From assembly GCF_052908335.1 (NCBI RefSeq), contig NZ_CM128606.1: a DNA stretch of 32,000 bases; one strand, 5' to 3'. Below the pieces are notes generated by a model. It made no database searches. It worked only from the letters and a program-made list of their open reading frames with translations, and was not told where the DNA came from. Numbering within the stretch: position 1 is the first letter of the stretch; every line of letters begins with the position of its first letter. Positions 1 through 16,920 of this stretch are shown piece by piece. Both the position numbers and the translations under genes were made by a program.

Positions 1-590
1 AGACCATCGGTCAGGTTTACCGCGTTGCCAGTACCCACAATGACGAAGTAAGCCAGCAGAATGTAGAACAGCCCCAGCTGCGGCATCACATCTTTAAAGA
101 ATGGGACCACCAGCTGCGTTGCGGGCGTGTCTTTGCCGGCAAGGTACAGGGCGAAGGCGACACCCAGCGCAATGACCGACATCCAGAAATACTTCCAACG
201 AGCGATCAACCCTTTGGTGTCTTTACGCACCACTTTGCGATAATCATCAACAAAGCCAATAACACCGTAACCTACCAGCACCACCAACACGCACCAGACG
301 TACGGATTGGACGGGTAAGCCCACAGCAGTACGGAGATCACAATCGCCGTCAGGATCATAATCCCGCCCATGGTCGGCGTACCGCGCTTGCTGAAGTGTG
401 ATTCAGGACCGTCGTTACGCACCACCTGACCAAAGGAAAGTTTTTGCAAATGAGCAATCATACGCGGGCCCATCCACAATGAGATGAACAGCGCGGTCAG
501 CAGGCTGACGATGGCGCGAAACGTCAGATAGGAAAAGACGTTAAAGCCGGAATAATATTTGACCAAATGTTCGGCCAGCCAAACTAACAT
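1..590 (-). CDS. mraY: phospho-N-acetylmuramoyl-pentapeptide transferase MraY, N-terminal part (3' end runs off the window)
   Basis: Minus-strand frame is open from the window edge to ATG at 588-590 and translates [17 protein letters not shown]. It overlaps the murF stop and follows dcw-cluster synteny. Confidence 0.9.
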
Positions 591-1942
591 GTCCCATTCT
601 CCTGTAAAGCGCGTACTACCTCTTCCATGGCGGCACTACGTGAACCCTTAACTAAAATCGTAATTACCTGTTGCTCAGCAATCAGTGATTTAAGACGCGT
701 AATTAACGCAGTTTTATCAGCAAAATGTTCGCCAACGCCGCTGGCGGTGCTGATAGCATGGCTTTGTTTACCCACGCTTAACACGCGGTCAATACCAGCA
801 GCTTTTGCCGCCTCGCCCACCTGTACATGGCAGGCTTCGCTTTCAGCGCCCAGTTCCGCCATATCGCCCACCACCAGCACGCGGTAGCCCGGCATTTCAG
901 CCAGTACCTGGACTGCTGCAGTCATTGAACCGACATTGGCGTTGTAGGAGTCGTCGAGCAGCAACTGGTTTTCTGCCAGTTGGATGGGGAACAGACGGCC
1001 TGGAACAGCTTTCAGATTTGCCAGCCCCGCTTTGATAGCATCAAGCGTTGCGCCCACGGACATGGAGAGCGCAGCGGCTGCCAGCGCATTCGCAATATTG
1101 TGACGCCCCGGCAACGGCAGCAGAACATCGACGCTACCGGTTGGGGTTTGTAGGGTAAATTCCGTACCGTGCGAGGTCACATGGATATTGGTGGCGGTGA
1201 AATCGCTGTTGGCGGCATTGGGTGAGAAACGCCACACTTTGCGTGAGCCAATTACGCTCTGCCAGTTCAGCCAGTCGTTGTTGTCGGCGTTCATAATGGC
1301 GATACCGTTTTCCGGCAGGCCGCTAAAGATTTCACCTTTCGCTTTCGCGACACCCGCAAGCGAGCCAAAACCTTCCAGATGCGCCGCTGCCAGGTTGTTG
1401 ACCAGCGCAGCTTCCGGGCGAGTCAGACTCACAGTCCAGGCTATTTCGCCCTGATGGTTCGCGCCAAGTTCAATAACTGCGTAATCGTATTCCGGCGTTA
1501 AGCGCAACAGCGTCATCGGTACACCGATGTCGTTGTTGAGATTGCCTGCCGTATAAAGCGTGTTGCCGCACTGGCTTAAAATCGCCGCCGTCATCTCTTT
1601 AACGGAGGTTTTGCCGGAGGACCCCGTCAGAGCAACCACGCGCGCCGGAACTTGCTGGCGAACCCATGCAGCCAGTTCACCAAACGCCAGACGCGTATCC
1701 TTGACGATTAACTGCGGCAGGTCGATGTCCAGCGGACGGCTAACCAGTAGTGCGCCTGCGCCGCCAGCTTTCGCCTGGTCGGCAAAATCGTGGGCATCAA
1801 AACGTTCGCCTTTCAGGGCAACAAACAGGCAGCCCGGCGTCAGTTTTCGGGTATCAGTGGTTACAGCATCAAGGGTGATATCTGCACCTTGCAGTTCACC
1901 GTTGAGAATGTCGGTAAGTTGGCTAAGGGTTACGCTAATCAT
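584..1942 (-). CDS. murF: UDP-MurNAc-tripeptide:D-Ala-D-Ala ligase MurF
   Basis: 452-aa ORF ([17 protein letters not shown]...) with Mur ligase P-loop GSSGKTS. It overlaps the murE stop by 4 nt. Confidence 0.97.
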
Positions 1943-3426
1943 GCAATCACCCCCAGCAGACGCGCCACCGTGACGCGATCGGAGTAGTCCAGACGCTGAT
2001 TGCCAACAATCTGGTAATCTTCATGGCCTTTGCCCGCGACCAGTACCACATCATTCTCTTTAGCCTGCATAACGGCGCAAGTCACCGCTTCAGCACGGCC
2101 TTCCATCACTTTGGCATGTCCGGCATCTAACATTCCCGCCAGAATATCGTTGATGATGGCACGCGGTTCTTCGGTACGCGGGTTATCGTCCGTCACCACC
2201 GCCACGTCAGCAAACTCTTCGGCAATTGCGCCCATCAGTGGACGCTTACCTTTATCGCGATCGCCACCACAGCCAAAGACACACCACAGCTTGCCCGCAC
2301 AGTGCAGACGCGCCGCCTGTAAGGCTTTTTCCAGTGCATCCGGCGTATGCGCGTAATCCACCACCACCGTCGGTTTGCCTGGCGCAGTGAACACTTCCAT
2401 ACGTCCGCAAACCGGTTGCAGACGCGCGGCGGTTTTCAACAGATCAGCCAATGGATAGCCGAGTGCCAACAGTGTCGCCAGCGCGAGCAGCAGGTTGCTG
2501 ACGTTAAAAGCGCCCATCAGATGGCTCTCAATTTCGCCATCGCCCCAACTTGAGCTAAAGCGAATCGTCGCACCGCTGTCGTGATAGTTCACGTCGTTCG
2601 CTTTTAACCAGCGTCCGTGACAGTTCGGATTGATATGATCTTCCATTGATACCGCAACCGCGTCCGGCAGTTTTGCCAGCCAGCGGCGGCCCACTTCATC
2701 GTCGGCGTTAATAATCGCCTGACCGCAATGATGCTCAGAATAAAGCAGCCATTTCGCGGCTTCGTAGTGTTCCATATCACCATGATAATCAAGGTGATCG
2801 CGGCTTAAGTTCGTAAAGACCGACGCCGCAAATTTCAATGCCGCCACACGGTGCTGTACCAGCCCGTGGGAGGAAACTTCCATTGCGCAAAACGTCGCGC
2901 CCTGATCCACCAGCCCCGCAAGCTCATGCTGAACATCGACTGCCGAACCGGTGGTATTTTCTGTCGGGATCACTTTCCCCAGCAGGCCGTTACCAACGGT
3001 GCCCATTACCGCGCTGGTTTCGCCAAGCAGTTGGCTCCACTGCGCCAGCAGCTGGGTAGTCGTGGTTTTGCCGTTGGTGCCCGTTACGCCTACGAGACGT
3101 AAATTGTCAGAGGGTTCATGGTAAAAGCGGCCCGCCAGTGCAGATAAACGCTCATTGAGCTGGCTGAGATAGATGACCGGTACGCCGTGCATTTCACGGA
3201 TTTCACCGTCGGTCGCCTCATCTTTCGCCTCTGCAATAATGGCAGCCACACCTTGCGCTATCGCCTGCGGGATATATCGACGCCCGTCCGCCTGATGACC
3301 TACTACAGCTACAAAGAGATCGCCCGCCGCAGCCACACGGCTGTCGAGTGTCATCTCTCGCAGTGCTCGCGAAGGTGCGTCTGGCACCCACGGAGCAAGA
3401 AGGTCGCGCAAATTACGATCTGCCAC
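1939..3426 (-). CDS. murE: UDP-MurNAc-L-Ala-D-Glu:meso-DAP ligase MurE
   Basis: 495-aa ORF ([14 protein letters not shown]...) with GTNGKTT P-loop, in the dcw order. Confidence 0.97.
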
Positions 3427-5179
3427 CTGTCCCCTCGCCTTGATTAATCACAAATTCATTTTTATCGCCCGTTGTCAGCGCATCCGGCTCGATGTTCATG
3501 GTACGCAATACGCCGCCCATGATGGCACCAAAGACCGGCGCGGAAACGGCGCCGCCGTAGTATTTACCCGCCTGCGGATCGTTGATAACAACAACCAGCG
3601 CGAAGCGCGGCTGACTCGCAGGCGCAACGCCTGCGGTATAAGCAATATATTTATTGATGTAGCGACCGTCCGGCCCGACCTTTTTCGCGGTACCGGTTTT
3701 AATGGCGATACGATAGCCTTTAATCGCCGCCTTCACGCCGCCGCCGCCCGGTAGCGCCACGCTTTCCATCATATGCACCACGGTGCGGACAATGGATTCC
3801 GGGAAGACACGTTCACCGGGAACCGGGGGGTCAACTTTGGTAATCGACAGTGGGCGATAAATGCCGTAGCTGCCGATAGTTGCGTAGACTCGCGCTAACT
3901 GTAACGGTGTTACCATTAGCCCGTAGCCGAAAGAGAAGGTGGCCCTCTCTATGTCAGACCACCGTTGTTTTTGAGGATATAAGCCACTGCGTTCTCCGAC
4001 CAACCCCAAATTGGTCGCTTTTCCCAGTCCAAAACGTGAGTAAGTATCTACTAACGCTGAGGACGGCATCGCTAACGCCAGCTTGGAAACACCGACGTTA
4101 CTCGACTTCTGTAATACCCCGGTCAGGGTTAATTCGCTGTAGCGTGCCACGTCTTTGATTTCGTGGCCGTTAATTCGATAAGGAATGGTATTGAGTACCG
4201 AGTTTTCCCGCACCACGCCACGTTGCAACGCGGTCATCACCACCATCGGTTTAACCGTTGAGCCAGGTTCAAACACGTCGGTGATGGTACGGTTACGCAT
4301 CGCCTCTTTCGGCGTGCCGCTCAGATTGTTAGGGTTGTATGACGGGCTGTTAGCCATCGCCAGCACTTCACCGGTGTTGACATCCACCAGCACGGCGCTA
4401 CCAGATTCAGCCTTGTTAAAGGCCACCGCATTGTTCAGTTCGCGATAAACCAGCGCCTGCAGGCGTTCATCAATACTCAGCGCCAGGTTGTGCGCAGCCT
4501 GGCTGTCAGTAGAAGAAATATCTTCAATTACGCGACCATAGCGGTCTTTACGCACAATGCGCTCACCCGGCTGCCCGGTAAGCCATTTATCGAAACTCTT
4601 CTCAACGCCCTCAATCCCTTGACTATCGACGTTAGTAAAGCCAATGAGGTGAGCAGTCACTTCGCCGGATGGATAATAACGGCGAGATTCTTCACGCAGA
4701 TGAATCCCCGGCAGTTTCAGTTTTTTGATGTAGTCCGCCATGTCAGGGTTCACCTGACGCGCCAGATAAATAAAGCGCCCTTTCGGGTTGGCGTTAATGC
4801 GGGCTGAAAGCTGATCCAGCGGAATATTGAGCGCGTTAGCCAGCGCCTTCCAGCGGTCACCGACGCTGATACCGCCAGCGTCATGCACTTCTTTCGGGTC
4901 AGCCCAAATCGCTTTTACCGGCACGCTCACCGCTAACGGGCGACCAGAACGGTCAGTAATCATGCCGCGGGAGGTGGAAACTTGCTGAACGCGAAGAGAA
5001 CGCATGTCGCCCTCTTTCACCAGCATATCCGGGGAGATAACTTGTAACCACGCTACGCGTCCGAGCAGAAAAGCCAGCGCCAGGAGAATACAGCCGCATA
5101 ACAACGCAAAACGCCAACTGATAAAGTTGGCATGTTCTTCCTGACGTTTTGGTTTCTGCGTTTTCGCCGCTGCTTTCAT
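3413..5179 (-). CDS. ftsI: penicillin-binding protein 3 / septal transpeptidase FtsI
   Basis: 588-aa ORF with an N-terminal TM segment and the STVK, SSN and KTG transpeptidase motifs. Confidence 0.97.
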
Positions 5180-5194
5180 GCGTCGCGTTTATCC

Positions 5195-5560
5195 TTATTT
5201 TTGCACTACGATATTTTCTTGTGACGGATCAACATGCTGCATTTGCAGCTTTTCCGTGGCGATCCTTTCCACCCGGCTATGGTCGCCGAGCGCATTCTCT
5301 TCAAGGATCAGGTTGCGCCATTCAATGTCTAAAGCATCTCGCTCCAGCACCAGTTGTTCGCGCTGAGCGGTCAGTAAACGGGTATGGTGCGCCGTGGTTA
5401 CCACAGTCACCGCCGTCAAAATAATGCAAATGAACAGGCAGAGTGGCAGCTTCCCAAATCGCAAAAGATCGTCACCGATAACACCAGGCAATGCATGGCG
5501 CTCGTGGCTTCCCATCGATCCTTTAACTTTGCTTAGAGCTTCTGTCACTCTGCTGATCAT
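5195..5560 (-). CDS. ftsL: cell division protein FtsL
   Basis: 121-aa bitopic protein with TM segment [17 protein letters not shown] followed by a coiled coil. It overlaps the rsmH stop. Confidence 0.93.
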
Positions 5561-6498
5561 GCATTCGTCCTCTCTGCAATACGCAGAACTGAACTACGGG
5601 CACGAGGGTTCTCAGCCACCTCTTCTTCGCCCGGCATTAACTTGCCTAGTGCTCGCAGCTGACGGCCACCCAGTTTTTTGAGCTGCTCTTCAGTCATCGG
5701 TAACCCTGCCGGAACTTGCGGACCGCGGCTGTTTTCACGCATAAAACGTTTCACAATACGGTCTTCCAGCGAGTGGAAGCTGATGATCGAAAGCCGCCCA
5801 CCCGGGGCCAGCACGTTGAGCGAGCTTTTTAGCGCCTGCTCTATCTCCTCCAGTTCACTGTTTACCCAAATGCGCACCGCCTGGAAGGTACGGGTCGCGG
5901 GATGTTTAAACTTATCTTTCACCGGCGTTGCAGCAGCCACGACTTCCGCCAGTTCTTTGGTGCGGGTCATCGGCTGTTCGCGGTTACGCTCGACAATGGC
6001 GCGGGCAATGCGTTTGGCAAAACGCTCTTCACCATAGGTTTTCAATACCCAGGCGATATCGGCTTCTTCTGCGGTTTGTAGCCATTCAGCGGCTGACTGC
6101 CCACGGGTTGGGTCCATACGCATGTCCAGCGGACCATCGCGCATAAAGGAAAAGCCGCGCTCAGCATCATCAAGTTGCGGTGAAGAGACGCCAAGATCGA
6201 GGAGAATGCCGTCGATCTTGCCGATAAGATCGCGCTCGGCAACGTATTCGCCCAGCGCGGAGAAAGGTCCGTGGATGATGGAGAAGCGCGGATCATCAAT
6301 AGTCTTCGCAACGGCGATAGCCTGCGGGTCGCGATCGATCGCCAGCAAACGCCCCTCTTCGCCAAGCTGCGAGAGGATCAGACGTGAGTGACCACCGCGA
6401 CCAAAAGTCCCATCAATGTAGATGCCATCAGGACGGATATTGAGGCCATTAACGGCTTCATCCAGCAGCACCGTAGTATGTTTATAGTTTTCCATCAT
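5557..6498 (-). CDS. rsmH: 16S rRNA m4C1402 methyltransferase RsmH (MraW)
   Basis: The track ORF is 356 aa. The known 313-aa protein starts [16 protein letters not shown], so the start was trimmed by 43 codons to 6498, 1 nt after the mraZ stop codon. Confidence 0.93.
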
Positions 6499-6499
6499 T

Positions 6500-6958
6500 T
6501 TATAGAGACAAGTCCTGCAGTCGCTCCGATAAGTCTCCGGTAGCCAACTGCTCTGCGTCGATATCTTCCTTGACCTGTTGATGCCAGGTTGTTTCATCCC
6601 ACAGCTCAAACTTGTTGAACTGTCCAACCAGCATCACTTCTTTTGTCAGCCCGGCATGTTGCCGCAGTACTGGCGCGATTAACAATCGACCTGCGCCATC
6701 CATCTGACATTCGCTGGCATGACCTAACAGTAGGCGCTGCACACGGCGCTCAACCGGGTTCATGCTCGACAGACGCGATAATTTTTGCTCGATAATTTCC
6801 CATTCAGGCAGGGGGTAAAGCAGCAGGCACGGGTGATGAATGTCAATGGTGCAAACCATTTGACCGGCAGCGTTCTCAAGCAGCTGTTCCCGGTAACGGG
6901 TAGGCACTGATAAGCGCCCTTTGCTGTCGAGATTGACTAACGTTGCTCCCCGGAACAT
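6500..6958 (-). CDS. mraZ: transcriptional regulator MraZ
   Basis: 152-aa product starting [19 protein letters not shown]. The track ORF carries a 12-codon upstream extension, which was trimmed. Confidence 0.93.
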
Positions 6959-6976
6959 GCCAGCCTCACCCCTTAT

Positions 6977-7039
6977 TCCCACTTTGCCCCACAATTTCCC
7001 ACTGAAAGGAGTTTACGGAGCGGAGGAAAAGCTTGTCAA
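6977..7039 (-). promoter_or_regulatory. Pmra promoter with MraZ operator repeats
   Basis: On the minus strand: TTGACA (7034-7039), an 18-nt spacer, TAAACT (7010-7015). Downstream are three TGGGA/TGGGG/TGGGA boxes at exact 10-bp spacing (complements at 6997-7001, 6987-6991, 6977-6981), just upstream of mraZ. Confidence 0.65.
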
Positions 7040-7514
7040 GCCAGTCACAAGGCATACCGAGGTAAAAAACCCGATGTTTACGGCTAATATCAGCGTTGTT
7101 TATTTTACGTCCAACGTGCGCAGCAAATTAACGTTATGAATAGCTGTAAGAAAAAATCCCTCATCGTCATCACCGTTTTAAAATGACTCACTATTTTCCA
7201 CAGCAAATATAAAGTGTCAGTTTGCGACGCGAGCGGCATTTTAGGACATATCTTCCCCGGTTAACAGTCCCTGTTGCGTCTGTGTGGCGCTTGATGCCAG
7301 CGGGTTTGCGCAAAAGCAAAGAAAAGTGCTTGTTAAATCGGCAATTCATCTCTGCATGTAACAAAATAATGCAAAAACGCGCTGTCGATATCACTTAATT
7401 ATTGTGAATTTCAGCTGGTGAGTTAATTAACGGGCGGGTTTAAAAGAACTTATCAATAATAGTCAGGAATAGTCTTATTTACTTTAAGGATATTGATGTC
7501 CATTCCCGTACTCT

Positions 7515-7550
7515 ACGCGCCAGAGGGAAATTCACCTGGCGCGTATTTTT
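7515..7550. terminator. 9-bp GC-rich hairpin just downstream of cra (terminator-like; T-run is on the + strand side)
   Basis: acgcgccag (7515-7523) pairs with ctggcgcgt (7536-7544), followed by ttttt on the + strand and preceded by an A-run in the cra orientation. Confidence 0.4.
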
Positions 7551-7559
7551 GTTCGCGGC

Positions 7560-8564
7560 TTAGCTACGGCTGAGCACGCCGCGGCGATAGAGATTACGTT
7601 TAATGCGCGTTAAACCAGGTTTTGGCTTACGCGGTTCGTCCAGGCTTGCCAGGACAATCTCCAGCACACGCTCTGCGACATCGCGGTGACGTTGAGCCAC
7701 TGCCAGCACCGGACACTGTAAGAAGTCGAGCAGTTCGTTATCGCCAAAGGTGGCAATTGCCAGGTCAGAAGGCAGTTTGCCGTCGCGACGCAGCGTGACA
7801 TCCATCACTCCTTGCAACAACGCAAACGACGTTGTGAACAGCGCCTGCGGCATCGGATGCGTTTCCAGCCATTTTTCGAATAACTGGGCAGCCGCCTCCC
7901 GCTCATAGCTGTTGGCATACAGGAAATGCACTTCGCGCGGATCATCTTTCCAGGCAGTACGGAAACCTTGTTCACGCAGGAAGCTGACAGAAAGCTCCGG
8001 TAGCGCACCAAGATAAAGCACCGTCTCGGCGGGAAACTTACGTAACTCTTCCGCCAGCATTTCGGCATCATCCTGATCGGCACCAACCACGCTGGTGAAG
8101 TGTTCACGATCGAGGGCGCGGTCCAGCGCGACAATCGGGAACGGGTCGTTAGCCCAGCGTTGATAAAAAGGATGCTCAGGAGGCAACGACGTCGAAACAA
8201 TAATGGCATCAACCTGACGCTGTAAAAGGTGCTCAATGCACCGCATTTCGTTGTCTGGCTGATCTTCTGAGCAGGCAATCAGCAGTTGATAACCCCGTTG
8301 CCGCGCCTGGCGTTCAAGATAGTTAGCGATGCGGGTATAGCTGGTGTTCTCCAGATCGGGGATCACAAGACCAATAGAACGTGTGCGTCCAGCACGAAGC
8401 CCAGCTGCCACGGCGTTCGGGTGGTAATTGTGCTCACGCACCACAGCCATGACTTTTTCAACGGTTTTGTCGCTCACACGGTATTGCTTCGCTTTGCCGT
8501 TAATAACATAGCTTGCAGTGGTCCGCGACACTCCCGCCAGCCGAGCGATTTCATCCAGTTTCAC
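7560..8564 (-). CDS. cra: catabolite repressor/activator Cra (FruR), LacI family
   Basis: 334-aa ORF starting [31 protein letters not shown], with an N-terminal HTH. Confidence 0.97.
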   Translation of the reverse strand: MKLDEIARLAGVSRTTASYVINGKAKQYRVSDKTVEKVMAVVREHNYHPNAVAAGLRAGRTRSIGLVIPDLENTSYTRIANYLERQARQRGYQLLIACSEDQPDNEMRCIEHLLQRQVDAIIVSTSLPPEHPFYQRWANDPFPIVALDRALDREHFTSVVGADQDDAEMLAEELRKFPAETVLYLGALPELSVSFLREQGFRTAWKDDPREVHFLYANSYEREAAAQLFEKWLETHPMPQALFTTSFALLQGVMDVTLRRDGKLPSDLAIATFGDNELLDFLQCPVLAVAQRHRDVAERVLEIVLASLDEPRKPKPGLTRIKRNLYRRGVLSRS

Positions 8565-8689
8565 AATTGCCCCTTGCGTAAAATGTAAAAACCATAGCCA
8601 TTGTACTGGTATGGGTTAAATTCATTAACATCTAAGCGCAGAAAATTAACTGCGGCAACTGCTTTTATTCCAGGTTCCCACTGATTTCG

Positions 8690-8720
8690 CAAAAAAAGCC
8701 CAACGTGACATGTTGGGCTG
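8690..8720 (-). terminator. rho-independent terminator of ilvIH
   Basis: Minus-strand stem agcccaac/gttgggct (8697-8704 and 8712-8719) followed by a U-run (A-run 8691-8697 on +), 25 nt after the ilvH stop. Confidence 0.7.
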
Positions 8721-8743
8721 TAAATTGCGCATTGAGATCATTC

Positions 8744-9235
8744 TCAACGCATTATTTTATCGCCGCGCGAAAGTCCGACCACACCAGAGCGAGCAACCTC
8801 CACAATTTTCGCCACATCGCGAATCGATGCTAAAAATGCATCAAGCTTACCGCTGGTGCCTGCTAATTGAACGGTATAAAGCGAGGGTGTGACATCGATA
8901 ATTTGCCCACGGAATATTTCCGTATTACGTTTCACTTCGTCACGCCCGTAACCGCTGGCCTGAATTTTCACCAGCATGATTTCCCGCTCAACATGCGCGC
9001 CCTGCCCCAACTCACTCACGCGCAAGACATCGACCAGTTTGTGTAATTGCTTTTCGATCTGCTCAAGTACTTTTTCATCGCCCACGGTCTGGATGGTCAT
9101 ACGCGATAATGTCGGATCGTCGGTTGGCGCAACGGTCAGGCTTTCAATGTTGTAGCCACGCTGGGAAAAAAGGCCAATCACACGGGATAACGCGCCTGAT
9201 TCATTTTCGAGTAAGACTGATAATATCCGGCGCAT
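8744..9235 (-). CDS. ilvH: acetolactate synthase III small (regulatory) subunit IlvH
   Basis: 163-aa product starting [19 protein letters not shown], with an ACT domain. The 10-codon track extension was trimmed. Confidence 0.95.
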
Positions 9236-9237
9236 AA

Positions 9238-10962
9238 TCAGGTTCTCTCCGTTTTGCTTAACCACATTTCATCCATTCCGCCCCCGCGAATCTGCATCGG
9301 GTAGACGTGCTCGCTGCCATCGACGGTAACATCAACAAACACCAGGCGATTATTGCGCACCTGTTCCAGCGCCTCGCTAAGTTTGCTTTCCAGCTCATGC
9401 GGATGAGAAATCTGGATCCCGACATGCCCATAGGCTTCCGCCAGACGGACGAAATCGGGTAGCGATTGCATATAAGATTGTGAATGACGGCCGGAATAGA
9501 TCATGTCCTGCCACTGCTTCACCATCCCCAGATAGCGGTTATTGAGATTCACCACCAGTACGGGCAACTCGTATTGCAACGCGGTAGACAGTTCCTGGAT
9601 GTTCATCTGAATACTGCCGTCGCCAGTGACGCAAACCACGGTTTCTTCTGGCAACGCCATTTTGACGCCCAGTGCCGCAGGTAAACCAAAACCCATCGTG
9701 CCGAGGCCACCGGAATTGATCCAGCGACGCGGTTTGTCGAATGGATAATAAAGTGCAGCAAACATCTGGTGCTGCCCGACATCGGACGTCACGTAAGCGT
9801 CTCCCTTCGTCAACCGCCAAAGAGTCTCGATCACCGCCTGCGGTTTAATCTTTTCACTGTGAGTGTCATATTTCAGGCACTGACGAGCGCGCCACTGTTC
9901 AATTTGCTGCCACCAGTCGCGGATCTCATCCAGCGGTTGATGGGCGGATTCTTGCGACAAGAGTTCAAGCATTTGTTCGAGGACCTGGCGAGCATCCCCC
10001 ACAATCGGGATATCCGCAGTCACGGTTTTAGAAATGGAAGTAGGATCAATATCGATATGCAGAACAGTGGCATTTGGGCAGTACTTTGCCAGATTGTTCG
10101 TCGTTCGGTCATCAAATCGTACCCCGACGGCGAAAATCACATCCGCGTTATGCATCGTCATATTGGCTTCGTAGGTACCGTGCATTCCCAGCATGCCCAG
10201 TGCCTGACGATGCGTTGCCGGAAACGCCCCCAGCCCCATCAATGAGGAAACAACGGGCAGATTCAACGCCTCCACCATTTCTTTCAACTGCTGATGGCAG
10301 CCCGCCGTGATTGCCCCACCACCTACGTAGACAACCGGTTTTTTTGCCGCCACCAGCGTTTGCAGAGCACGCTTAATTTGCCCTTTATGTCCGGTAGTAG
10401 TGGGATTGTAAGAACGCATACTGACCGACTCCGGCCAGACATAGGGTAATTTGTTCGCCGGATTAAGAATATCTTTCGGTAAATCAACGACTACTGGTCC
10501 TGGGCGACCACTTGCCGCCAGCCAGAAAGCCTTTTTCAGCACCTGCGGAATGTCTTCCGTTTGCTTAACCAGAAAACTGTGTTTAACCACCGGTCGCGAA
10601 ATCCCCACCATGTCGCACTCCTGAAAGGCATCGTAACCTATCAACGAGGTCGCTACCTGCCCGGAAAGGACAACTAATGGAATGGAATCCATATAAGCGG
10701 TGGCGATGCCAGTAATCGCATTGGTCGCCCCTGGACCCGACGTTACCAGCACGACGCCGACTTCCCCGGTCGCGCGCGCCAGGCCATCGGCCATATGCAC
10801 CGCCGCCTGCTCATGACGAACTAATACATGATCAATACCACCCACGGTATGCAATGCATCATAAATATCAAGGACTGCGCCTCCGGGATAACCGAATACT
10901 TGTTTAACGCCCTGATCGATAAGCGATCGGACGACCATCTCGGCTCCAGACAACATCTCCAT
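9238..10962 (-). CDS. ilvI: acetolactate synthase III large subunit IlvI
   Basis: 574-aa ThDP enzyme starting [28 protein letters not shown]. The track ORF (622 aa) reads 48 codons into the promoter region, so the start was trimmed to ATG at 10960-10962. Confidence 0.95.
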   Translation of the reverse strand: MEMLSGAEMVVRSLIDQGVKQVFGYPGGAVLDIYDALHTVGGIDHVLVRHEQAAVHMADGLARATGEVGVVLVTSGPGATNAITGIATAYMDSIPLVVLSGQVATSLIGYDAFQECDMVGISRPVVKHSFLVKQTEDIPQVLKKAFWLAASGRPGPVVVDLPKDILNPANKLPYVWPESVSMRSYNPTTTGHKGQIKRALQTLVAAKKPVVYVGGGAITAGCHQQLKEMVEALNLPVVSSLMGLGAFPATHRQALGMLGMHGTYEANMTMHNADVIFAVGVRFDDRTTNNLAKYCPNATVLHIDIDPTSISKTVTADIPIVGDARQVLEQMLELLSQESAHQPLDEIRDWWQQIEQWRARQCLKYDTHSEKIKPQAVIETLWRLTKGDAYVTSDVGQHQMFAALYYPFDKPRRWINSGGLGTMGFGLPAALGVKMALPEETVVCVTGDGSIQMNIQELSTALQYELPVLVVNLNNRYLGMVKQWQDMIYSGRHSQSYMQSLPDFVRLAEAYGHVGIQISHPHELESKLSEALEQVRNNRLVFVDVTVDGSEHVYPMQIRGGGMDEMWLSKTERT

Positions 10963-11069
10963 GGCCTGCCTCACTGTTTGACGGAAAAAATGTGTAAAAC
11001 ACATTAACCGTCCGATCTTGCTTAAGCAATTGGCAGCCAGAGACATAAACACGGGGTAATAAGAATAAA

Positions 11070-11104
<35 letters not shown>

Positions 11105-11187
11105 ATTAGAGGGGGAACAAGAGCCTACACTAAGTTACCCCCTTATAGGGTAATGGTTTGCAATGCAATAATTACGCGTGTAATTAT

Positions 11188-11955
<768 letters not shown>

Positions 11956-11995
11956 TTAAAAAAATAACAAAAACAAGCTTGCTATCATTCGTGCT

Positions 11996-12024
11996 TTGTT
12001 ATGAGTTTTTGTACTGTGTATAAT
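11996..12024 (+). promoter_or_regulatory. candidate sigma70 promoter reading rightward, antisense to the phage genes, into the large hairpin
   Basis: TTGTTA (11996-12001), a 17-nt spacer, TATAAT (12019-12024). No plausible + strand ORF lies downstream. Confidence 0.35.
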
Positions 12025-12078
12025 GTCAGAATAGGAAAGAGAACATTACGTTACATCCATCATTAAAGAGTATATAGC

Positions 12079-12158
12079 ATCATTGCCCGCCGGAACGGCA
12101 GTTGCTCCCGTCCTCGCCCCTGCGGGCGGGGGCAACTGCCGTTCCGGCGGGCAATGAT
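12079..12158. repeat. 80-nt near-perfect inverted repeat (hairpin); candidate packaging signal or ssDNA origin structure
   Basis: The arms 12079-12105 and 12132-12158 are perfect reverse complements (27 bp). The inner 26 nt pair further (ccc-g/c-ggg and cc/gg). It lies in the intergenic region after the secretin gene, where Ff phages carry their roughly 78-nt packaging hairpin. Confidence 0.55.
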
Positions 12159-12412
12159 TCATATTGAACTTAAGATGGCGGATAACTAAGCATCGCTGTA
12201 AGTCATCATCAATTTCATCAACTAATCACATCAACACCTGTACGACTCACGTCTCGTGCCGTTCGTCTCGCTAACTGCCTGTTTAAAGGCGGTCTGGCAG
12301 GCGGCGCGTTGCGCTGTCTCCTGCTGCTCTGTAATCTCTCCCTGGCTTCGGCGGTCAGGCAGCTGCATCACATGAAACATCATCATGCCGCCTTACATGC
12401 CGCGTTGCGGCA

Positions 12413-14718
<2,306 letters not shown>

Positions 14719-14729
14719 AAATCACCCTC

Positions 14730-15020
<291 letters not shown>

Positions 15021-15034
15021 TCACCACCTGATTA

Positions 15035-16612
<1,578 letters not shown>

Positions 16613-16616
16613 ATCA

Positions 16617-16787
16617 TCACCAGTAAAAACTAAATGGTTTTACAATTCGACGGAAATCCTGATCGGATTTTTCAAGAATAACTGAAATAATATATTCTTC
16701 AATGGTTGTATTTTTATTGTAAATAATTCTTTGTATCTGCTCGAGAGTGTATTCCGGCAATTTAATTTTAAATTCTTGAGTAGACAT
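16617..16787 (-). CDS. 56-aa hypothetical soluble protein directly upstream of pIII (below the ORF-track cut-off)
   Basis: ATG at 16785-16787 preceded by GAGG. It translates [56 protein letters not shown]. Its TGA stop lies 4 nt before the pIII ATG. Confidence 0.35.
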   Translation of the reverse strand: MSTQEFKIKLPEYTLEQIQRIIYNKNTTIEEYIISVILEKSDQDFRRIVKPFSFYW

Positions 16788-16878
16788 AAAACCTCACAAG
16801 TTAGATTTAAACCCAATGACACAACATAACCCACAAAGGGAGCCGAACATCATAAAAATAAAATCAAACATAAATATC

Positions 16879-16904
16879 CAAAAAAGGGCGGAATATCCGC
16901 CCTT
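16879..16904 (-). terminator. rho-independent terminator immediately after the major coat gene
   Basis: Minus-strand stem gggcgg/ccgccc (16886-16891 and 16897-16902) with a 5-nt loop and a 6-U tail. Ff phages have their strong terminator at the same place. Confidence 0.7.
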
Positions 16905-16920
16905 CCTCATGAAAAACAAC

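Noticed and set aside
6499-6627. 43-codon extension of rsmH. Similar upstream extensions occur for mraZ (to 6994), leuO (to 22196), sgrR (from 29160), ilvH (to 9265) and thiB (from 30988).
   Set aside because: These are artefacts of taking the longest ORF. The trimmed starts reproduce the known protein N-termini, lengths and intergenic spacings.
7191-7394. 67-aa minus-strand ORF in the cra-mraZ intergenic region
   Set aside because: It has no SD and is Cys/Arg-rich with no protein-like features. This spacer is non-coding in K-12 as far as I recall.
12079-12158. The large hairpin as a simple bidirectional rho-independent terminator or a chromosomal REP element
   Set aside because: There is no T/U run after the stem on either strand. 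It lies inside the inserted element, and at about 35 bp it is far longer than REP or terminator stems.
16640-16834. 64-aa minus-strand ORF from the track (MGYVVSLGLNLTCEV...)
   Set aside because: It has no SD and an implausible sequence. It overlaps a better 56-aa ORF (16617..16787) in another frame that has an SD and abuts the pIII start.
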